In this document: one piece after another, positions 42,996-52,200 of the stretch
How positions within the stretch are numbered: the stretch's first letter is position 1
Layout: the number at the start of each line of letters is the position of its first letter
Source of the DNA: a virus
Reading direction: 5' to 3' (one strand)
IMG/VR virus record: IMGVR_UViG_3300044959_000131
Span: 64,001 to 128,000 of that record
Length of the DNA stretch: 64,000 nucleotides
Notes under the pieces: generated by a model
The model's input: only the letters and a program-made list of their open reading frames with translations
What the model was told of the DNA's origin: nothing
Databases searched by the model: none
Position numbers and translations under genes: made by a program

Positions 42996-45858
42996 GGAAA
43001 GAATGCTAGTCGTTTCTTCAGATGATTATGACCGCAGCAATCGCGACGTCATTATTTCTGAGAGTGGTGAGCCTGAGCTTCCCGAAGAGTGGGACTACGA
43101 ACCTCAGGTCTTCGATGGGTTTCTCGACGACTCACAGCTTGCCAAGAAAAGCTCCGAGTTGATCGGTGTATACCCTTCTCAATTCGTCGAGTTTGCGATT
43201 CGTATACCCGACAAGAAGACTCAGCAATTAGTACCGTTCTCTTTTGAAAAACGTAGGTATCTTCGACTCCCATACGACACCCCAGCGAAGAGGACGCTTT
43301 ACAAGTGCGGGCGACAAGTTGAGAAGAGTACATTGTTGGGGAACAAGTGTTTGGCGTACTGCTGCATTATCAATGCATTCAATGTTTTGTACGTCGCCCC
43401 AACGAACATGCAAACAAAGACCTTCTCACAAGACCGTTTGAAGGAGCCCATCGAAACGTCCGATGTTTTGAAGTCTTGGACAACCCCCAAACTCAGCGAC
43501 AACGTATTTCTCAAGAAGTTCATCAATCGTAGCCAGATTACCCTCCGCTACGCTTACCACAACGCAGACCGTACTCGTGGTATCCAGGCAGACCTTGTTC
43601 TAATTGACGAGATTCAAGACGTCATCACGGACAATATCCCAGTCATCGAACAATGTGCCTCGCACTCCACATTCAAGCTCTTCATGTACTCAGGAACACC
43701 GAAGAGCTTCGACAACCCAATTGAGCATTACTGGACCAACTTCTCGACCCAAAATGAGTGGGTCGTTCCGTGCGATCGCCACGGCGTTCCAAGTGACCCA
43801 TCAACATGGTTCTGGAACATTCTAGGTGAGGAGAACATCGGTAAGAAAGGTCTCATTTGTTCGAAGTGTGGAGAGCTCATCCATGCACTGAGACCAGAAG
43901 CACAGTGGGCTTCCATGAACCCAGAGGTTCGAAAGAAGCTGACTGAGCCGTATGAGGGTTACCGAATCCCTCAACTCATGGTGCCGTGGATGGAGTGGAG
44001 CGAAATTCTCGACAGCTACGCTACATACCCTCGTCAGAAGTTCTTCAACGAAGTTCTCGGGATGTCGTACGACTCAGGAACCAGGCCCCTGACTCGGCAA
44101 GACATCATCGACAACTGCAGTTCCGACATTGTCATGTCTCAAGAAGGGTTGTCGAGAATTCGTTCGAAGATGAGTGGAGGGATGGAGGTTTTTGCCGGAA
44201 TCGACTGGGGTTGCCACGACGAGGAGACACGGATTCTCACCGATAGCGGCTTCAAATACTTTCGAGACCTGACCGACAACGACAAAGTCGCTCAATGGGA
44301 TCCTGATACACGGTTGATGTCATTCGTGTATCCGAAGGTCCGAACGGTCCGTGAATGGGATAAACCACTTCTCCATTTCAAGGCGAATGGGTTGGACATG
44401 ATGTTGTCCGACCCTCATCGAATGAGAGTGAGACCTCTCAATGATGATGGGACGGGAAAGTGGATTACGGAGCCAGCGAGTAAAACCGCAGAGCGTGGTG
44501 GCAACGTAAAATTCGTTGGGTACGTCGATTGGGACGGGTCCGAAGAAGAGTACTTCGTATTGCCCAGTCGGGACCAAACTACTGGTTACAGCGGTAGTGA
44601 AGATCGTATCTACCGCATGGATGATTGGTTGGAATTTCTCGGCTATTATTTGTCAGAGGGTTCTATCTGCTTTGATGGAGATAATCCATCATGCATCAAA
44701 CTATCTCATCGGGAATCCGTAAATCTTGAGCAGGCTCGTAGGATTGGAAGTCTGCTACAGCGGCTCTTCCCAAATGATCTATCTACGATACAACACCCAG
44801 AGACTGGTTACATCGATTGGACAATCTACGGTAAACAGCTCTGGAAGTGGGTTCATGACCAAGTCGGAAAGTTCGACGACGAGAAGAGAATACCGAGGAG
44901 ATTTCTGAATCTCTCGAAGCGCCAACTTCGAATTCTCTTCGATGCCATGATGCTTGGAGACGGAGGTGGCGGCAAAAGAAGAGGACGTACCAATGGTCGC
45001 TACTGCTCGACTTCCAAGGGTCTCTGCGAAGACTTCCAGGAGCTTTGCATCCGCCTAGGACTCCGTAGCACTCTGTCATTGCATAAGAGGGCTGAAGGAA
45101 ACCGTAAGGCCATATGGAGAGTTTCTTGGTCTCCTGGAAGAGACTTCGAATTCAACAACCCCAAGCAGAGAGTTAAGAGAGTTCCATACAATGGAAAGGT
45201 ATACTGTTGCTCCGTTCCATCTGGATACATCATCACTGAGAGAAACGGCTGCATCGCTTATCAAGGGAACACAGGAGAGAACACGTTTTCTGTGATGGCC
45301 CTTGGTACATACTTGGATGGAAAATTTACCATCTTCTACATCCACAGATTCGAAGGACAGGAGGTCGAACCACTCGTTCAACTCGACCTGATCGAGAAGC
45401 TGATTTACTACTGGGACGTCAGGCTTGTCGGAGTCGACTATGGCGGCGGCTTCGATCGTAACGATGCTCTTGCTAGAAAGTTCGGCAAGAACCGAATCGT
45501 GAAATATCAGTACTCTCAGCCAAGTCAGAAGGTGCGATGGGACGAGGGGCTGCACAGATTTTTGGTCCATCGGACAGAGGTGATGACTGACATTTTCACT
45601 GCCATAAAGAGAAGAAACGTTTTCAGGTTCCCGACCTGGGAGCAGTTCGAAGACCCATTTGGCAGGGACATGCTGAACATCTTCTCCGAATACAACGATC
45701 AACAGAGGCAGATCCAATACAAGAAGAGTCCAGACGCAACGGATGACTCATTCCACGCCATTCTTTTCTGCTTTCTTGCCTCGATGCTTCGACACCCAAG
45801 GCCGGACGTTTTGGTGCCGACTCAGAAGACGAATAGCTCGATGGACCATGACAGCTAA
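42967..45858 (+). CDS. terL: Terminase large subunit containing one intein (about 610 aa after splicing)
   Basis: Variant Walker A CGRQVEKST, Walker B LIDEIQD, SGTP, FFNEVLG, nuclease GIDWG and terminal DDSFHA. Real start may be ATG 42994 or 43003. Confidence 0.92.
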   Translation: MSQASGGGIMERMLVVSSDDYDRSNRDVIISESGEPELPEEWDYEPQVFDGFLDDSQLAKKSSELIGVYPSQFVEFAIRIPDKKTQQLVPFSFEKRRYLRLPYDTPAKRTLYKCGRQVEKSTLLGNKCLAYCCIINAFNVLYVAPTNMQTKTFSQDRLKEPIETSDVLKSWTTPKLSDNVFLKKFINRSQITLRYAYHNADRTRGIQADLVLIDEIQDVITDNIPVIEQCASHSTFKLFMYSGTPKSFDNPIEHYWTNFSTQNEWVVPCDRHGVPSDPSTWFWNILGEENIGKKGLICSKCGELIHALRPEAQWASMNPEVRKKLTEPYEGYRIPQLMVPWMEWSEILDSYATYPRQKFFNEVLGMSYDSGTRPLTRQDIIDNCSSDIVMSQEGLSRIRSKMSGGMEVFAGIDWGCHDEETRILTDSGFKYFRDLTDNDKVAQWDPDTRLMSFVYPKVRTVREWDKPLLHFKANGLDMMLSDPHRMRVRPLNDDGTGKWITEPASKTAERGGNVKFVGYVDWDGSEEEYFVLPSRDQTTGYSGSEDRIYRMDDWLEFLGYYLSEGSICFDGDNPSCIKLSHRESVNLEQARRIGSLLQRLFPNDLSTIQHPETGYIDWTIYGKQLWKWVHDQVGKFDDEKRIPRRFLNLSKRQLRILFDAMMLGDGGGGKRRGRTNGRYCSTSKGLCEDFQELCIRLGLRSTLSLHKRAEGNRKAIWRVSWSPGRDFEFNNPKQRVKRVPYNGKVYCCSVPSGYIITERNGCIAYQGNTGENTFSVMALGTYLDGKFTIFYIHRFEGQEVEPLVQLDLIEKLIYYWDVRLVGVDYGGGFDRNDALARKFGKNRIVKYQYSQPSQKVRWDEGLHRFLVHRTEVMTDIFTAIKRRNVFRFPTWEQFEDPFGRDMLNIFSEYNDQQRQIQYKKSPDATDDSFHAILFCFLASMLRHPRPDVLVPTQKTNSSMDHDS
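44212..45270 (+). mobile_element. Intein with LAGLIDADG homing endonuclease in terminase (353 aa)
   Basis: Starts CHDEETRILTDSGFK, ends YQGN before Thr+1; LGYYLSEG and MMLGDG blocks. Confidence 0.9.
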
Positions 45859-45886
45859 AAAGGAGAGAGGAAGTTTCCCTCCCCCC
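45857..45886 (-). terminator. Rho-independent terminator at a convergent junction
   Basis: GGGGGGAGG/CCTCTCTCC stem with G-U pairs that work only on the minus strand, followed by TTTTT. Confidence 0.65.
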
Positions 45887-45899
45887 TCCGGTCATCTCA

Positions 45900-46316
45900 T
45901 CAGCGGCTTCCGGCCGAGAGACGTACTACTTTTCCCGATACGAGCTTCTCCTGCTCGTACTTGATGAAGCCCGGCAACTGCCGGGCACTCGGGATTATGA
46001 ACCGGATGCCCTCCCACAGCAGGATGAGTGCGACCGGTGTGACCGCTGCGAGTAACACAGTCACCGTCGCGCTCTTCATGCGCACTGCTGTGTGTTTGAC
46101 CCTCTCCCCGAATGTGGGATTGTACTGCTTCCCCCTCAGCTTGGCCGCGAGGGCGAACTTGCCCTCGCTTTCGAGATCCTTAGCGACCTCTTCTATGAAC
46201 CGATCCCACTCTTCCCGCGGGATTTGTATCATCTGCTTCGGAGTGACCGGTTCACCGGTCACTCCGTCGCGCGCTTCATTCCCGTTCATTTCGATGACAA
46301 CTGACTTCTTATCCAC
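45900..46316 (-). CDS. Predicted single-pass membrane protein
   Basis: GGAGGAG site before GTG; hydrophobic ATVTVLLAAVTPVALILLWEGIRFII. Confidence 0.75.
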   Translation of the reverse strand: MDKKSVVIEMNGNEARDGVTGEPVTPKQMIQIPREEWDRFIEEVAKDLESEGKFALAAKLRGKQYNPTFGERVKHTAVRMKSATVTVLLAAVTPVALILLWEGIRFIIPSARQLPGFIKYEQEKLVSGKVVRLSAGSR

Positions 46317-46369
46317 GATTGCTCCTCCGAATGAGGTTTACCAGGGACGTAAATTTCCCTGGCAACTTA

Positions 46370-46379
46370 CTTATACCTA
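46370..46379 (-). promoter_or_regulatory. TAGGTATAAG, variant of the recurring motif
   Basis: 9/10 match, intergenic, 54 nt upstream of GTG 46316. Confidence 0.55.
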
Positions 46380-46389
46380 GAGGATAGAA

Positions 46390-47085
46390 TTATTTGCTGG
46401 TCGATTCGCTCAATTTCTTGAAGAGCGTTCCCTTCTCTGATTCAAACTTCTCAAGAAGAGAGTCAGAAACTGGTGTCTTTGATACTTGGTGCCACATGAG
46501 TAATGTAGATCGAATCTTCTTTCGACCTTCATCAAGCTTCTTGTGAAGAATCTGAAGTGGCAGGCTGTTCTTGAAGTCTTCCCTCGTAGAGACATATCTC
46601 ATCTGCGCCAAGCAGAGTTTGAAGAAGACCTCGTATGGGTGCTCAAGTCCGAGAGACTCTTTGAGCATGTCAAGAGAAACTTCATCGAGACGGTCAAATA
46701 CGTCTGTTGCCCACGACTCAATCTCTTCATCTTTCCAGACCCCGGCGGCCAGGGCTTTCGAAGCTGCTGCGTAGAGCATCTTGGCCTCGTCGGCATTCGG
46801 ACGGAGGGGGTCATCCCGAATCTCCAGAATCCTCCTACACAGGGCCATGTCCTGTTCCAGTTTCAGTACTCTTCGCATTAAGATGGCGAAGTTCTTTCGA
46901 TTGAGAGCCGGGAGATCTGTGCCGGACTCGTTTGCGAGCTGCTCTACATCCTCACGGTTGAGGACAACGTGACCATCATGAAAGGACTTGCGTAGGTAGC
47001 CTCGCTTTACGTAGTTATGGATGGTACGCTTCGAACATCCAAGCCGGTTAGCGGCCTCGTCGAAGGTGTAGAAAAGGCTTCCCAT
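46390..47085 (-). CDS. DNA-binding protein with an N-terminal MerR/excisionase-type HTH
   Basis: YTFDEAANRLGCSKRTIHNYVKRGYL...NREDVEQL; GGAGGGAG site. Confidence 0.85.
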   Translation of the reverse strand: MGSLFYTFDEAANRLGCSKRTIHNYVKRGYLRKSFHDGHVVLNREDVEQLANESGTDLPALNRKNFAILMRRVLKLEQDMALCRRILEIRDDPLRPNADEAKMLYAAASKALAAGVWKDEEIESWATDVFDRLDEVSLDMLKESLGLEHPYEVFFKLCLAQMRYVSTREDFKNSLPLQILHKKLDEGRKKIRSTLLMWHQVSKTPVSDSLLEKFESEKGTLFKKLSESTSK

Positions 47086-47129
47086 GTCTCCCTCCGAAAA
47101 CTACCCTATTCTAGTCGCACACCGACAAC

Positions 47130-47139
47130 CTTATTGCGA
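47130..47139 (-). promoter_or_regulatory. TCGCAATAAG, variant of the recurring motif
   Basis: 8/10 match in the divergent gap, 45 nt upstream of ATG 47085. Tentative. Confidence 0.4.
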
Positions 47140-47153
47140 CGGAGCTTACCTCA

Positions 47154-48296
47154 ATGAATGAGTTCGAAAACTATCTCTTGAGCGGAAAGAATCACGCAAA
47201 GCTGTCCGCCGAGGCTCTTGAGTTAATGGGTAAGCAGGCGGCGAACCTCTACCTCGATGAGGGTATTCCTCTCAACGATGGAATCGCAAGGATTGCTGGG
47301 GAACATCCTGATATCTCAGCAGAGCAAATCAAGAGAATCGTTGAGTTCGCCAATACCGCAGTGTACCTGGCCAAGCACGACCAGAATAAGAATGCCGGAA
47401 GAGAGTACAGCTACCCTCAATTTGAACTTGCTGATGCAGGTCGAATCATTCAGGACCTATCAGATGGCGCCAGACCAACGATTGTTACCAAGACCGATAT
47501 CGATTATGCCCGTCAGGCAAAAAAGGAGAAGTTATCGTCTCCGGAGCTTGAATCCGCACTAATTGGTCTATTCAAGACGTCATCTGGAGAGTCTGAAGAG
47601 AAGGACTACAGCCCTGATACCGTTGTACATGAGCTGATGGCGGCAAAGGACCTTCTGGTTGGTCTGCGTGATAACATTGGGGACCTTTACAATCAGCATG
47701 AGGGCCTATTTAAGGAGGCCGCCTCCGACTTCTACAACAACGTCAAGACATACTTGCTAGACGGTGGTTCCTTTGGTGAAGTCGTTGCCGCACTTGGTAC
47801 TGTCGCAAATGACGATGACCTCAAACTTCATTTGGAGCCAGTTGTCGCGAGACTCATTCGAGAAAAAGTCGCCTCTGTGCAGGAGCTCAAGAAGCAGTAC
47901 TCTGAAGTCGAAAAGATTGCTCATCGTACGGTCGACCCAGAGCATCCAATCATCTTGTCGTACTCCGCCATGGTCCTCGCTGGTGAGGAGCTACAGAAGA
48001 CAGCAGCCGCACTTGAGGAGGTTGGAACTGAACTGAATACTCTCAACGGCTTCATCAAAGAAGCCTATTTCACGAAAGAGTCACTCGCTCCACTCGTCGC
48101 AGCGGCTTCCAGAGCCCTTCCTGCTATCGGCCGCTTCGCAGCCGGAGCCGGTCGAGGTCTATTGGGGCAGATCGGACGTGGTGCTTTAAACGAGTTCAAG
48201 AACAATCCAATCTCGACCATATCCACAGCCAAGTCACTGCTTCCTCAGAGACGGCAAGCTCCAACCCCTCCGGCGCAGATGAACCCCGGATACTGA
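47154..48296 (+). CDS. Probable head-associated protein (380 aa) with K-x-A motifs
   Basis: KTSS, KEAA, KVAS, KIAH and KTAA; Gly/Ala-rich basic C-terminal segment. Confidence 0.8.
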   Translation: MNEFENYLLSGKNHAKLSAEALELMGKQAANLYLDEGIPLNDGIARIAGEHPDISAEQIKRIVEFANTAVYLAKHDQNKNAGREYSYPQFELADAGRIIQDLSDGARPTIVTKTDIDYARQAKKEKLSSPELESALIGLFKTSSGESEEKDYSPDTVVHELMAAKDLLVGLRDNIGDLYNQHEGLFKEAASDFYNNVKTYLLDGGSFGEVVAALGTVANDDDLKLHLEPVVARLIREKVASVQELKKQYSEVEKIAHRTVDPEHPIILSYSAMVLAGEELQKTAAALEEVGTELNTLNGFIKEAYFTKESLAPLVAAASRALPAIGRFAAGAGRGLLGQIGRGALNEFKNNPISTISTAKSLLPQRRQAPTPPAQMNPGY

Positions 48297-48601
48297 TGCG
48301 TATGATGAAGAGACTACAGAAGATTGCGTCAAGTTCAGCAGCTCTTCGAAATGTCTTCTTACGTAAGGAAGCGGGCCTAGGTCGGGCCGCGGCAGGTGCG
48401 GCGAAGTACGTTGCCGACAAGGCACTTGGATTTGCTGGTAATCAAATCAAGAAACATGGACCGATTTGGGGAACCTTTGGATTGATTGGTGGTGGAATGA
48501 CGCTTGCCGAAACGCCCAAGGCTGTTCGGTCCACGTACCAAGCTTACAAGTCTGGGTTCAACCCGGCCCTTCATAGAGCAGAGCTTGGTCTTGATAGATG
48601 A
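48296..48601 (+). CDS. Small basic Gly/Ala-rich head-associated protein
   Basis: LQKIAS, RKEAG and WGTFGLIGGGM; TGATG coupling. Confidence 0.7.
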   Translation: MRMMKRLQKIASSSAALRNVFLRKEAGLGRAAAGAAKYVADKALGFAGNQIKKHGPIWGTFGLIGGGMTLAETPKAVRSTYQAYKSGFNPALHRAELGLDR

Positions 48602-48616
48602 TGTACGAGGACGAGA

Positions 48617-49249
48617 ATGACTACTGAAGATATTCTTACAGCTGTTTCTGAGTCCCATCCAGAGATGATGGCCAAGACGGCTAAAATCATTGCCATAACC
48701 GAGCGACTTTATCCGGAGTTCGTTCCAGGTATCATCTCTGATTTCGAGACCATTTGCTCAGTCGTCAATGAAAAGACGGCAGAGAAGATGACCGGATTGA
48801 AGCCTTATGCGATTGGTATCGCTGGTACTGTTGCAGGTGGTCTCTTAAGTGCCATCGCAACCGACCTCTACGACGCTGCCAAGCGCGGTCTCACAAAGGG
48901 ACGTAACTTCAAACGCATCATGGAGGCCAATCCAAATCTCAAGAGGGAAGTAGATAAGAAAACCCTCTTAATGGCATATGACACGCTTCATAGGTATGCT
49001 CCAGAATTTACTGCAGATCCGCTTCTCGGTGGAGCTCTCCTAAAGAACATCTCAGAGCTTCCAAACATGAGTCACAAGACCATTGTCGAACTAATTGGTG
49101 CGCAGAAGAATATAGCTGATGCCAAGAGCCGATACTTCTCTGAAATGTCAAAGCTTTCTCCACTTCTCGTCCCAGACAGCGGTCATACAGAAGTAAGATA
49201 TGAGGGCGGGGTTGAAAAGTCGAGAACGGTTAGACGTCCAGGTGTCTGA
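48617..49249 (+). CDS. Probable head-associated protein (210 aa)
   Basis: KTAK, KTAE and YAIGIAGTVAGGLLSAIA; coupled to the protease gene. Confidence 0.75.
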   Translation: MTTEDILTAVSESHPEMMAKTAKIIAITERLYPEFVPGIISDFETICSVVNEKTAEKMTGLKPYAIGIAGTVAGGLLSAIATDLYDAAKRGLTKGRNFKRIMEANPNLKREVDKKTLLMAYDTLHRYAPEFTADPLLGGALLKNISELPNMSHKTIVELIGAQKNIADAKSRYFSEMSKLSPLLVPDSGHTEVRYEGGVEKSRTVRRPGV

Positions 49250-52200
49250 TGAAGAAACAAGTTCAATTCAGAGGACATACAGAGTTTGGTGTCTTCTGTC
49301 GGTCGCTATTTGGAAGTTCAGGAGCGTTTGAGAAGATTGCTGGAGCTCCTCCTTTTGCTGATTGGCCAACAGGAGAAGAGCTTAGAAAGTACATCTCAAA
49401 GATTACCAAAGAGGACCGTAAAAAGTACGTATACGTTCTCGTAAACGCTCTCGGAGCTGGTGAGTACTTCGGTTGCTTCCCAGCAGGCTCCATTGTTCGT
49501 TCTAAGCGAGGAGATATCCCTATTGAGCATGTCGTAGTTGGTGACGAGGTTCTCACTCACAGAAATAGATGGAGAAGGGTCATTGCAACCAACCGCAAGT
49601 TTCATGATCTCGGGTTGGTTCATTTGGATGTCACCGGGGTTCCGCACTTGGCTCCGGCTATCTCAGCGACCCCGAATCATGAGGTTTTTGTCGTTCCTCG
49701 TGACGACTTGTTTCGAGCTCGTAGAGATATTCTCTACAAGCGTGGAGAGATGGATTGGAAATCCTCCTACAATGAATTTGTTTCATCTCTGAATCCAGAC
49801 TGGATGCCGATTGAGTTCATCCGCCCAGGTGACTTTCTGTTTCAGCCATTTCCGATTGAAACTCGGAATTCAGACTTTGCTCAGAAGTGGGGAGATCATG
49901 ACTTTGCGTACTTGATGGGACTCTTCGCGGCTGAGGGGTGTCTAGCAGAGAGGTACGGTCGGGATAGGAACAAGGAACGATCGGAGCTGGTTGAGAGGAT
50001 TGTTTTCGTCATAGGGGATCATGAAGATCACATCGTCAGGAATGTACAGCGCATTGTAGAGAAGCATGGGAGATCTGTGACCGTAAAAAGGACCCCAGAG
50101 ACCAAATCTATTCGCCTTGAACTTTGTTGGAAGGAGTTGGCTCAAGCTTGTTTGGAGCACATCGGCTGCCATTCAACCGAGAAGAGCTTGTCTTGGGACA
50201 TTCTCACAATGCCACATGGGTGGCAGGAGGCTTTTCTAGCTCCATATGTTGAGGGTGATGGACACTTTGTAGAGAACTCAAAGTTTGAGCGGTACAACGG
50301 CTCAGTGGTTATATCCACCGCATCTAAGAATCTGGCCTTGGACCTACGACTTCTCTACGCTCGTCTCGGGATCGTGGTATCTGTTAACGGACGGCATAAT
50401 ACCAAGGCCACTTGGTACAACGGCAACCCAATTTACACCATTCACATAGGAAAAACGTGGGCCAAAGACTGGAATGGCTCGACTAGGGCGTCAAGCTACA
50501 TCGATAAGGAACGTGGGTTCATCATTTCACCAGTGAGGAGTGTTTCGCATGAGAAGTGGTCCGGTGAGGTATTTGACCTGACAGTCGAGGAGGACAGTTC
50601 CTATGTTGTGAATGGGATTGTCGTCCACAATTCGAATATCAACGCGGACTACTTTCCTTGGAATGCTCTTGCGCATGAAGGCGACGACTACGGCTACAAA
50701 ACGTTCCTGAACGCCCATGCATTTCAGCATCACAAGAACAAGGACCCGACTAGGGCTTTCGGAGTCCCAGTTCTCTCGGTGCTGAACCACCCGATGAAGC
50801 GTGTCGAGCTCATCGTCAGACTCGACAGAGCAAAGGCAAAGGAAGAGCAGGCTGACGGCATCATCACTCGTATCGAAGCCGGAGAGTTTCCAGATGTCAG
50901 CATGGGCTGCGTCCCCAAGTACGCAAAGATATTGAGGAAGGATGGACGTATCGTTCACATCGAGGAGATCCGAGAGGGAGACGAGGTCATATCACATCGA
51001 GGACGCGCTCAGAGAGTCGTCAGCACGATGGTCCGCCGTCACAAGGGAACCATCTTTCACATCAAGCCTTATGGTCACAGAGACGCTCTGATTCTGACCG
51101 AGGAGCACCCTCTCTGGATCGTTCGTGCTGAGCAGATGGAGTGCCGTCCATCTTCGAAATCCATAAATCAGGGTCGGAGACAGCATGTATGCACCCCAGA
51201 CAGCCATCTCACGAAGAAGGGCTGTTCTGGCTGTTTAACGAGGCCCTCTTTCAAGTTTGAGTGGGTCCGAGCAGATGAGGTTTCCGAGGGAGACTATCTT
51301 GCGATGCCTATTCCGACCTTTGAGGCTGAACGAAAGTTCACAGCCGTCGAGGCAAGGCTTCTCGGATACTATTTGGCAGAGGGCTACGTCCTAAAGAACA
51401 ACTCTGGCGAGGCAATCGGGGTCGAGTTCTGCACCGGGCTGAATGAGATCGAAACCCATGACGAACTTCGTAAGCTCGCCACTCTATCTGGCCTCGCAGA
51501 TAAAGTCGTCGAGCGAGACATCCCTGAGCGCAATGGAAAATACATCGCCATCTGGGATCGGAATCTGGCTGATCTTTGCTCCACTCATTGTGGGAGTGGA
51601 GCAAAGACGAAGTTTCTGTCCGCCTCATTGATGGGGGCTGACGAAGAGACTCTACAGCTCTTCATCGGTGCCTACGCGAACGGAGACGGTGGGTGTTACG
51701 AGGGTTCCATCTACTTCTCCACTGCATCGGAGCAACTTGCTGACCAACTTCGAATCTTATTGGCCCGTCTGCGCTGCATCGCAAGCGTAAACGAGATTGT
51801 CCACAAGCCGTCGAAGTTGGTTAATACAGAGACCGTAGAGTTTCAGGTCCGTGTTGGGAAAGACTCGGCTTGGAGACTTACCGGTTCGAGGTTTTCACCC
51901 GGTCGGTCAGAGAAGATCTGTAACAAAAGGTTCTTCTACGATTTCGAGGGAACGACGTATTTGATGACTCCCATCGAGCGTATCGATGAGGTCGAATACG
52001 ACGACGATGTCTACAACTTTGGAGTCGAGAACGACGACAGTTATCTGATCGATGGTTTGGCTGTTCACAACTGTAAAGTTCCTTTTGACATTTGTTCGAT
52101 ATGTGGACAGAAATCCAAGACTAGGCTGGATTACTGCTTCCCACCTGGGACGCCAATTCTGATGGCCGATGGACAGTTCAAGGCCATCGAGGAAGTTCGA

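Noticed and set aside
2259-46317. Further near-matches to the ATAAG motif at 2259 (CTGGGATAAG), 13615 (TCGGATAAG) and 46308 (GTGGATAAG)
   Set aside because: All lie in coding sequence, are explained by Asp-Lys codons, and have two mismatches or an indel; matches of this quality arise by chance.
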